A stretch of 63,665 nucleotides of DNA, counting the filler. It is 5 parts of 5 records of this genome, joined end to end, with 100 filler letters (N's around TTAATTAATTAA, not from the genome) between each part and the next. Parts side by side here need not be neighbours in the genome. Positions count along the whole stretch, not along the records: positions 54,352 to 63,665 come from DRR378314_1036; 4 more parts are not named here. One strand, written 5' to 3'. The translations under genes were made by a program, and so were the position numbers. This document shows, in pieces, positions 56,315-63,665 of this stretch. Position 1 is the first letter of the stretch. Each line of letters starts with the position of its first letter. Under the pieces are notes generated by a model, which did not search any database, had not been told where the DNA came from, and was given only the letters and a program-made list of their open reading frames with translations.

Positions 56315-59300
56315 ATGCCTCCAAGTCGCGGTCGCGGCGGACGCGGCGGCGGCGGCGGCGGTGGCGGCGGAAGAGAATGGCGCAACAATGGCTCGGGAGC
56401 CGCGCGAGGCGAACCCGCCGCTCCCAGGCGCTGTACGTATTTCTTCAAGTACGGGACTTGTAGGTATGGCGAAAGCTGCAGATTCACACACGACAATCCC
56501 GTCCAGCGTCCAGGCGGTGCATCCGCTGCGTCGTCACCGACCCTGTTCGGCGGCCCGCGTAGGACGGAGAATGCTGGAGTTCGCACGCGCGACCCGAATC
56601 GCCCGATGTTTGACAAGCTTATTGCTGATGTGCACGCCAATATGGACGAAACGGGAGCGAAACGCTTTCTGCGCGCAGCCGCCAAGTACGAGGATATCGA
56701 CGAGCTGCTGAACAAACTCGCACAGCAGAACAACAGCTGTGGTCTCAGTCGACTGCAAGATGCACTGGCAATGAACACGACAGAAGCTTACCACACTTCC
56801 GTGTGCTTTCCCTTTTTTGAAAAGCTGTACAAAGAATCGGAAAATCTTCGCGGTGCGAAGCGGATCCCGTTGGAGCGCATCGCCCTCAGCATTGCCAACT
56901 GCCCAGGCTTGATCGAACTCTACATCAAGATGGAGAAAGAACAAGTATTTACCAACGTTATTCCGATTGCTTGGCTTGTATATGTTGCCTCGAAAGCCGA
57001 CAAAGATTTTCGGGAGAGTAAGAATGTCAAAGACTTTGCGGATGCTGTCAGCGCGCGCGACTCCGCCGAATGCCGCAAGCTGGCGATTCTGCTGCGCGGC
57101 TCGTCGCTCGGCGGAGCAACAGCAGCAGAAACGTCCGATGATGACGTACCGATTGGACCAGGCGGGCGCCACGACAACGATTTCAAGAACTACCGCGACA
57201 TCGCCATCTCGCCGAAGCTGTACGAAATGGAAAGCGAGAGCGCGTACCTGCCGCTCTATTCATCGCGTCTAGACAGCGGCGAGGACCTCGCTGACCGAAG
57301 TGCTGAGCTCCTCGATCGCCAATTCCGCTTGCTGCGACATGATCTGGTCGGAAGTGTGCAACAGCGCATCCGCGGCGAAAAGAACCTCCTTGTGCGTTTT
57401 GACAATGTCAAGGTGGACGACGTTCGGGTGGAGGACAAGTGTCCGGTGTGTATTGCCGCAAAGTTTGCATATCCACAGAACCATCCCATTCGCGCGATCC
57501 AAGACGAAAAGGAACGGGAGAAGTACGTGCGAGAAACACGCCGTCTCCTGCCGTTGAATAGTCTTGTATATATTGAAAAACGAGGCAAGGGATTGGCAGT
57601 CGCACGCATCATCTGGCGAAATCCTGAAATGCTCTCCAAAGACGTCAACGAGGCGATCATCGGGCTTGAACCGTGCAAGGAGCTGCTCGACGAGATCGGC
57701 AGAGAGGAGAGTGTGACGCTTTTCCTGCTTGCAGACAGCTACTTTGCGTACGCTCCGGTACTGCAGGAGCTACAGCGTATCGATTCCATTCCGTTTGGTG
57801 AGGAAATTGTGCTAGAGCAAGCACCGCTACCTGCGGAAAGCGAGATCACGGTTCCTCTGCACCTCCAGCAGGATGTCGACGCGCTGGATTCGAGCCAGAA
57901 AGAGGCGCTGTACGACGCGCTGAAGAATCGCGTAACCGTCGTGCAGGGACCGCCGGGGACCGGGAAAACCCGCCTCGGCTCACTCTTTGCGCGCATTGTT
58001 CACGAGAATCCCGATGAAAAAATCCTCTGCGTATGCTTTGCCAATCATGCTCTTGACCAGTTCCTCGGCGATCTGGTCCGGAATAACATCACCGAAGTGA
58101 TTCGCATCGGCGGCGGGTGCAGGGACCCTGCGCTCGAGCCGTATGTGCTGAACAAGATCAGCGCGCAGTTTGGAGGAAGTGGCCTTTCTCCCACTGATGG
58201 TCACCGTCTTCGTGATCTGGAGGGTGCCCTGGAGGCGGAAAAGGGGAATATCGGGGCCTATGTTGCTGATTTACAAGCGCGGTTGGGCGAGCACACGTGG
58301 TCGTACGCAAAGGGGGCACTTCCAGAAGACGAATTGGAGGACTTTGAAGTCCCTGTCGACGGCAACGGACTCCACCGGACAGGGATTCGGTCCACAAAGC
58401 TCACCGAGAAGCAGTTGTGGAAGGCATGGTGCCGCGGTGATGACGGAAAGCGATTTGGTAGCGACATTGCGAAACGGTCACTGTGGAGAATGAATCGCAC
58501 ACAGCGCAGGGAGAAGCTGGAGGAGTGGGAGGACGAGTACTTGCGCAACAGTGCAATGGACGCGCTGATCAGCTGTGTCGAGGGATGCCGTCAGTTTGAA
58601 GATGAGATCGCTGCGCTAAAAGACGAAAAAGTGATGCCTATCCTGATGAACGCCAAGGTGATTGCGTGCACAACGACAGGCGCCAGCAAGTACAAGAGAT
58701 TGATTGTCGACGCGCGTCCTACGACGCTCATCGTCGAGGAGGCAGCGGAGATTCTCGAGGCGCACGTGCTCACGAGTGTAACGTCCTCGTGCCGCCGCGT
58801 CCTCATGATCGGCGACCACAAGCAGCTGCGGCCGAAGAGCGAACTCCCGCTGCTCAAGGTCGAACACAATAGACAGTATCGCTTGAACTTGTCGCTGTTC
58901 GAGCGTTTGGCAACGAGCGGGAATTTCCCGCTTTTCTCCCTGAAGAGGCAGCATCGCATGAGACCGGAGCTCTCCGAGATCATCCGGGAGATGACGTACA
59001 GTTTCCTCATCGACGCCGATCGCGTGTCGTCGTTCCCGTCGGAGCTGCGCGGGGTGGAGAACAACTTCCTCTTCATCGATCACGACTTCGAGGAGAAAGA
59101 CAATTCCCGCATGCGAAAACGCCAGGCGCACAAAAAGCAGCAGCAGCCCATCGTCGACGTTGTCGAATCCATGTCGAAGACAAACGAGAAGGAGGCCGCA
59201 TTCGCTGCCGCTATCGCTGTCTATCTGACGTCGCAGGGATACGACCCTTCCAACATTGTCATCCTCACGCCTTACCTCGGACAAGTTGCTATGATCTGCA

Positions 59301-62300
59301 ACGCTATCGCTCAGTACGAGGCGGGTATGACGGGGTGGATTGATGAGCTTGACGCTGATGATTTGCAAAAGGGCCAGCGGTTCACTGCCGATGACGACCA
59401 AGAGGGCGACGGCGGCGCGCGCGGCACGAAGAAGCGCGAGGCGGCGGGAGCAAAGGCGGCGCAGCGGCCGCGCAAGGAGGGCGAGAAGCGCATCCGCGTG
59501 GCAACGATTGACAACTACCAGGGAGAGGAGGCCGATATCGTCCTTGCTTCGCTTGTGCGCTGCAATGACAAAGGTAGCATCGGCTTCATCGGCGAAGAAG
59601 CGCGCATCAATGTGCTTTATTCGCGTGCTCGCCACGCCATGATCGCGCTGGGCAGCATGGCGACGCTCACGCACGAGAAGGCGCGCGGGAGGCAACAGTG
59701 GGTGAAGATGCGCAAGCTGCTGGGTCCACGCGTGACGCCGTATTTCCCTGCGATATGCCCACGGCACAATACTCGCAGTCGTGCACACAGCGGTGAAGAG
59801 CTGCTCGACATGTGCCCCAAAGGAGGTTGCAAAGCGCCGTGCGCCGGCCAGCTGCCGTGCGGCCACAGCTGCCCGCTCGCGTGCCACGGTGCAGGCATAG
59901 CGCACGACACCGTGCCGTGCGAGGAAGTAGTCTCCGGGCAATGCCAGCGAGGCCATGCGTACACAGTACGATGCGGAAAGCCGGCGCCCTCGTGCCAGAC
60001 GTGCAGGAGTATGAAGGAAGCCGAGAGGCGCGAGCGCGCGGCGAAGCTAAAGGAAGCGGCAGAGAGGATGGGCGAGGAGGCGCGCGCGGCAGATGAGCTC
60101 CGCAAGGCGCAGGAAGCCAAGCGGCGAGAGCAGGAGAACCTGGAGCGCGAAACCAGAAAACTTTCGTCGTTACTGCAGGCTGAACAAGCACAGCAGGAAG
60201 CGCACCGGCTGAGTCAGGACGCGATCGCGCGTCGTCAAGAAGCGATCCAGGCGCAGGCTAGGTTGTTGGATCCCAGCCCGGCTGCTCCTCGCGCTGGTGT
60301 CGTTGCTGCGGCGCCACCGGCGAGCGCGGCGGTGAACGCCAGCGCGGAGAGGCGCAAGGCGAGAGACGCGAGCGCACAGAACCGCCCTCCTGTTCCGCAT
60401 ACACCCCGTGATGTGCGAGTTCCAAGAACGGGCCAGGAGAACTCGTCCCCGCGCTCGGCTCCGGCAAGCGGCGGAGACCACAGCGCGAATGCGCCGTCAG
60501 GCGGAGGCGCAGCGTCCACTGGCACGGCGCGCTCCCAGCAACTCCACTCCTGCATTCTGAACAAATCTGTCTCGGATATTCTAAATTGGCTTGATGATGT
60601 ACGACCTGAAACGCAAGAACATGACGAAGTCGACATGCAGCCGTTGTGTGGTAGATTTTTCTCCGATATTCTGACGACCGCCACTGGCTCAGGGGCCGGT
60701 GCTGCGGTCGCTGCAGACAGCGCCAGAGTACCGAGCAAAGCACGAAAGGCTCTTGAGAGTTTCCTGCGCGATGGCGAAACATGTGGAATCAAGGTGCGGC
60801 GAGAGTTGAAGGAGAGCGCGGCGAAAGGAAAGAATTCAATTGCCTCCACCTTGTACAAGGTGGCGGAAGTGGCCATGGGCGAGCCGCTCCACGATGGCGA
60901 TGTGGTACGCCTGATCCAGCAGGGCGCCGGTGCGATGGGTGCGGGGAGCAACGCGGGGCGCGCGCAGTTCCTCGCGCTCGGCCTCCTGGCCAAGTATGCG
61001 CTGAAAAAGGGAAACCACAGCGATGCACCTCTCATAATACACACGTGTCTCGGAGCGGCACTGGCATTCCTCGCTGCACACAGGCGACTCGGTGACCGTG
61101 TCCTGGGTGATGAGTTGAGAGGAATCGCGGCTGGCGCAGCTCAGGCGATGGACGAAGCCGCGCAGGTCGCGATGGATGCGCTGCACACGTACAACAAGGC
61201 GGGCAGCGCCGAAGAGCAGCAGACCACCACTCCTGAAGAAATCAAGAAACAGGAACTGAAGGAGAGGTGGAGGGATGTGTCGCAGCTCTTCGGTCTTCGA
61301 TCACAGAGCATGGACACGCTCCTTGATATGACCGGGCTGGCCTCCGTGAAAGACGAGCTTCTTCGCATTGTCGCGGCGGCGGGACTTGACAAAAAGCGCG
61401 GCAATGTGAACAAGAAAGGCCGGTTCCACGCGCGTTTTGAAGGGAATCCCGGGACTGGGAAGACCACTGTTGCTCGTCTCTATGCGCAAGTCTTGAAGGA
61501 GATCGGCGTCCTTCCCGTGAGCACGTTTGAGGAAACAAGCGGCTCCAAGGTGTGCACAATGGGGATGGATGGCCTGAAAAAGTTATTTGAGAAACTGGAA
61601 AAAGGAGGGGGTGGCCTTTTGTTTGTTGACGAGGCGTACCAGATGAGCAGTGCGAAGAGTTTCTCTGCAAAAGGGCTTGTGGAGTACTTTGTCGATGAAA
61701 TGGAGAACAAGTTGGGGAAGCTCGTTGTGTGCTTTGCGGGGTACCCGAAAGATATGGAGAAGCTTCTCGAGGAGAACGAAGGTCTGCAGTCCAGGTTTGC
61801 GTTCAAGTTTCTGTTCGAGGACTACTCGGACACGGAGCTGCGAATGATCTTTGACCACATGATGAACGAGCGGAACAACGACAACCGCACGAAGTACTTC
61901 ATCTCTGCTGGCGAAGACGAAGACTCTGTTAATGTGATGATTCGTCGCTTGGGAAGAATGCGAGATACAAAAGGGTTTGGCAACGCGCGAGAAGTAGGAA
62001 AATCCATCGACGCCATCTTCCGACGACAAGCCATGCGGCTGTGCGACAACGAGGGACCATCGGATCCTGGACGGTTGACCAAAGCGGATATCCTCGGTCG
62101 CAGCGGCCATGTCGACCTGGGATCGATTGATGCATGGAACGAACTTGGCCAGATGACCGGTCTGCGCGAAGTGAAAGAGAGCATCAAGGCGATGGTCGAC
62201 GTTGTGAATGAGAACGATAAGCGCGAGCGCGAAGGGAAGAAGCCGCGCGCCCTCACGCTGAACCGTCTTTTCCTCGGAAACCCGGGAACCGGCAAGACCA

Positions 62301-63665
62301 CGGTCGCTGAGCTCTACGGCCGAATCCTGCGGCGCGTCGGACTGCTGAGCAAAGGCGAGGTCGTTATGAAAAAGGCCTCCGATTTCGTCGGGTCCTTTGT
62401 AGGCCAGTCCGAGGAGCGCACGCGCTCGATTCTGCAGGCGGCCGAGGGCTGCGTGCTCGTCATCGACGAAGCGTACGGGCTCTCTCCGCACCGCGGCGGT
62501 GGGACTGGCAACGGCGGCGGTATGAACGATCCGTATCGCGAAGGAGTGATCGATACAATTGTGGAAGTTGTTCAGGGAAAGCCCGGCGAGGACCGATGCG
62601 TGATCATGATTGGGTACAGAAAGGAGATGGAGGAGCTCATGCAGCACGCCAACCCGGGTCTCAAGCGAAGGTTCGCGTTCGAGAACGCGTTCGAGTTCCG
62701 CGACTACGCAGACGACGAACTGCTCACCATCCTGAATGGCGTGCTCCGGAAGAACGATGTCACAGCTGACGCCGAGGCGAAAGATCGTGCGATTACGGTG
62801 CTTTCTATGCAGCGCAGGGCTGCTCACTTTGGCAACGCGGGCGCGGTCAACAACCTGGTTTCCGCTGCGCTTTTGCGTATGCAGAAGCGCGGCGGCAGCG
62901 ACGCGTTGCTCGCGTGCGACTTCGAGGACCCCGACGACGGCCCGCAGAGCATCGATGAAGTCTTCGCCGGGCTGTCTAATATGGGCGAGCTCAAGAATAA
63001 GATGAAGCAGTACGAAAACCTTGTAAATCTCGCAAAGAGGCAGGGGCGCGATCCCGCGGATGCTATTGGACTGAATTTCCGCTTCGTCGGCGCGCCGGGA
63101 ACGGGCAAGACCACTGTGGCGCGCAAAGTCGGCCAGATCTTCAAGAACTGGGGAATCATCGCGTCTGCTGAGGTAATCGAAACGAAGCCGTCGGACTTTG
63201 AGGCGCCGTATATTGGCCAGTCAGCTCCGAAAACGCGAGATGTGTTTGAAAAGGCTCTCGGAAAGGTTCTCTTCATCGACGAGGCGTACGGTCTGGATCC
63301 GCAGGGGAACAAATTCCGCCAAGAAGTAGTCGACGAGATCGTACAGCTGCTGACCGACGAGAGATTCAAGGGTAAAATGGTCCTCATTCTCGCCGGATAC
63401 GCCAACGACATCGAGAAGCTCATGCACGCCAACGAAGGGCTCAAGAGCCGGATCTCGGAAATTGTCACTTTCCAAAACATCACGAGTGCTGCAGCGTGCT
63501 CACTGCTGAAGAAGAAACTCGCACAGGACGACTTTACGGTTCCGGACGGAGTAGTGGAACAATGCGAAGACGCCGTGGAGGAACTGATTCAGCTCCCGGG
63601 ATGGTCCAATGGGCGTGACGTGGAAACGATTGCGCGCAAGGTGCAACAGTGCCTTGCTACAAGGA
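56315..63665 (+). CDS. ZNFX1/NFX1-type SF1 RNA helicase fused to three tandem SpoVK/CbbX-like AAA+ ATPase modules, with N-terminal RGG and CCCH zinc finger; 3' truncated (>2450 aa)
   Basis: Manual translation of frame +2 from ATG 56315 with no stop found to the window end. MPPSRGRGGRGGGG; CTYFFKYGTCRYGESCRFTH; PGGRHDNDFKNYRDIAI...LDRQFRLLRHD; QGPPGTGKT (~57944); FANHALDQFL; VEEAAEILEAH; IGDHKQLRPK; SLFERL; QHRMRPE; ILTPYLGQ; TIDNYQGEEADIV; RINVLYSRARH; CPKGGCKAPCAGQLPCGHSCPLACH. AAA Walker A at 61442 (GNPGTGKT), 62276 (GNPGTGKT) and 63089 (GAPGTGKT), each followed by a DEAY Walker B. Confidence 0.92.
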   Translation, partial: MPPSRGRGGRGGGGGGGGGREWRNNGSGAARGEPAAPRRCTYFFKYGTCRYGESCRFTHDNPVQRPGGASAASSPTLFGGPRRTENAGVRTRDPNRPMFDKLIADVHANMDETGAKRFLRAAAKYEDIDELLNKLAQQNNSCGLSRLQDALAMNTTEAYHTSVCFPFFEKLYKESENLRGAKRIPLERIALSIANCPGLIELYIKMEKEQVFTNVIPIAWLVYVASKADKDFRESKNVKDFADAVSARDSAECRKLAILLRGSSLGGATAAETSDDDVPIGPGGRHDNDFKNYRDIAISPKLYEMESESAYLPLYSSRLDSGEDLADRSAELLDRQFRLLRHDLVGSVQQRIRGEKNLLVRFDNVKVDDVRVEDKCPVCIAAKFAYPQNHPIRAIQDEKEREKYVRETRRLLPLNSLVYIEKRGKGLAVARIIWRNPEMLSKDVNEAIIGLEPCKELLDEIGREESVTLFLLADSYFAYAPVLQELQRIDSIPFGEEIVLEQAPLPAESEITVPLHLQQDVDALDSSQKEALYDALKNRVTVVQGPPGTGKTRLGSLFARIVHENPDEKILCVCFANHALDQFLGDLVRNNITEVIRIGGGCRDPALEPYVLNKISAQFGGSGLSPTDGHRLRDLEGALEAEKGNIGAYVADLQARLGEHTWSYAKGALPEDELEDFEVPVDGNGLHRTGIRSTKLTEKQLWKAWCRGDDGKRFGSDIAKRSLWRMNRTQRREKLEEWEDEYLRNSAMDALISCVEGCRQFEDEIAALKDEKVMPILMNAKVIACTTTGASKYKRLIVDARPTTLIVEEAAEILEAHVLTSVTSSCRRVLMIGDHKQLRPKSELPLLKVEHNRQYRLNLSLFERLATSGNFPLFSLKRQHRMRPELSEIIREMTYSFLIDADRVSSFPSELRGVENNFLFIDHDFEEKDNSRMRKRQAHKKQQQPIVDVVESMSKTNEKEAAFAAAIAVYLTSQGYDPSNIVILTPYLGQVAMICNAIAQYEAGMTGWIDELDADDLQKGQRFTADDDQEGDGGARGTKKREAAGAKAAQRPRKEGEKRIRVATIDNYQGEEADIVLASLVRCNDKGSIGFIGEEARINVLYSRARHAMIALGSMATLTHEKARGRQQWVKMRKLLGPRVTPYFPAICPRHNTRSRAHSGEELLDMCPKGGCKAPCAGQLPCGHSCPLACHGAGIAHDTVPCEEVVSGQCQRGHAYTVRCGKPAPSCQTCRSMKEAERRERAAKLKEAAERMGEEARAADELRKAQEAKRREQENLERETRKLSSLLQAEQAQQEAHRLSQDAIARRQEAIQAQARLLDPSPAAPRAGVVAAAPPASAAVNASAERRKARDASAQNRPPVPHTPRDVRVPRTGQENSSPRSAPASGGDHSANAPSGGGAASTGTARSQQLHSCILNKSVSDILNWLDDVRPETQEHDEVDMQPLCGRFFSDILTTATGSGAGAAVAADSARVPSKARKALESFLRDGETCGIKVRRELKESAAKGKNSIASTLYKVAEVAMGEPLHDGDVVRLIQQGAGAMGAGSNAGRAQFLALGLLAKYALKKGNHSDAPLIIHTCLGAALAFLAAHRRLGDRVLGDELRGIAAGAAQAMDEAAQVAMDALHTYNKAGSAEEQQTTTPEEIKKQELKERWRDVSQLFGLRSQSMDTLLDMTGLASVKDELLRIVAAAGLDKKRGNVNKKGRFHARFEGNPGTGKTTVARLYAQVLKEIGVLPVSTFEETSGSKVCTMGMDGLKKLFEKLEKGGGGLLFVDEAYQMSSAKSFSAKGLVEYFVDEMENKLGKLVVCFAGYPKDMEKLLEENEGLQSRFAFKFLFEDYSDTELRMIFDHMMNERNNDNRTKYFISAGEDEDSVNVMIRRLGRMRDTKGFGNAREVGKSIDAIFRRQAMRLCDNEGPSDPGRLTKADILGRSGHVDLGSIDAWNELGQMTGLREVKESIKAMVDVVNENDKREREGKKPRALTLNRLFLGNPGTGKTTVAELYGRILRRVGLLSKGEVVMKKASDFVGSFVGQSEERTRSILQAAEGCVLVIDEAYGLSPHRGGGTGNGGGMNDPYREGVIDTIVEVVQGKPGEDRCVIMIGYRKEMEELMQHANPGLKRRFAFENAFEFRDYADDELLTILNGVLRKNDVTADAEAKDRAITVLSMQRRAAHFGNAGAVNNLVSAALLRMQKRGGSDALLACDFEDPDDGPQSIDEVFAGLSNMGELKNKMKQYENLVNLAKRQGRDPADAIGLNFRFVGAPGTGKTTVARKVGQIFKNWGIIASAEVIETKPSDFEAPYIGQSAPKTRDVFEKALGKVLFIDEAYGLDPQGNKFRQEVVDEIVQLLTDERFKGKMVLILAGYANDIEKLMHANEGLKSRISEIVTFQNITSAAACSLLKKKLAQDDFTVPDGVVEQCEDAVEELIQLPGWSNGRDVETIARKVQQCLATR

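Noticed and set aside
56180-63483. Track ORFs over contig 5 (e.g. 58616-59956 -, 61583-62827 -)
   Set aside because: Antisense or alternate-frame shadows of the long frame +2 helicase-AAA ORF
1-63665. CRISPR arrays, tRNA/rRNA genes, transposases, integrases
   Set aside because: None recognised by eye; small structured RNAs could be missed without a covariance-model search

Overview
This window is not one continuous locus. It is five contigs joined by identical 100-nt spacers (44 N + TTAATTAATTAA + 44 N). (1) 1-11501 is eukaryotic. It carries a >8.3 kb uninterrupted minus-strand ORF for the ciliary protein CFAP47, absent from the ORF track because it runs off the window edge, head-to-head with a spliced ARL6/BBS3 gene. 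(2) 11602-22156 is a GC-rich gammaproteobacterium, probably Alcanivoracaceae/Pseudomonadales-like: yejFEBA-type ABC transporter, mltD, gloB, a methyltransferase, rnhA, dnaQ, nhaB. (3) 22257-45345 is eukaryotic: a 3-exon Med9-like gene, a 3-exon LRR + coiled-coil + bulb-type (GNA) lectin gene, a giant Furry/MOR2/TAO3 gene and a spliced HEATR3/Syo1 gene. (4) 45446-54251 is a Rhodobacteraceae/Roseobacter-like alphaproteobacterium: beta-hydroxyacid dehydrogenase, penicillin-acylase-family Ntn hydrolase, hflX, hfq, trkH, trkA, ntrX. (5) 54352-63665 is eukaryotic, with a second ORF missing from the track (56315 to the window end, >2450 codons): RGG + CCCH zinc finger + ZNFX1/UPF1-like SF1 helicase + NFX1 zinc fingers + coiled coil + an unassigned helical region + three tandem SpoVK/CbbX-like AAA+ modules. 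The likely source is a flagellated protist sequenced with co-occurring bacteria (inference). The bacterial contigs are ordinary housekeeping loci. The most interesting items are two eukaryotic immunity-like multidomain proteins: the helicase-triple-AAA fusion and the signal-peptide-less LRR-lectin. All calls come from manual translation and motif recognition; no database search was run.
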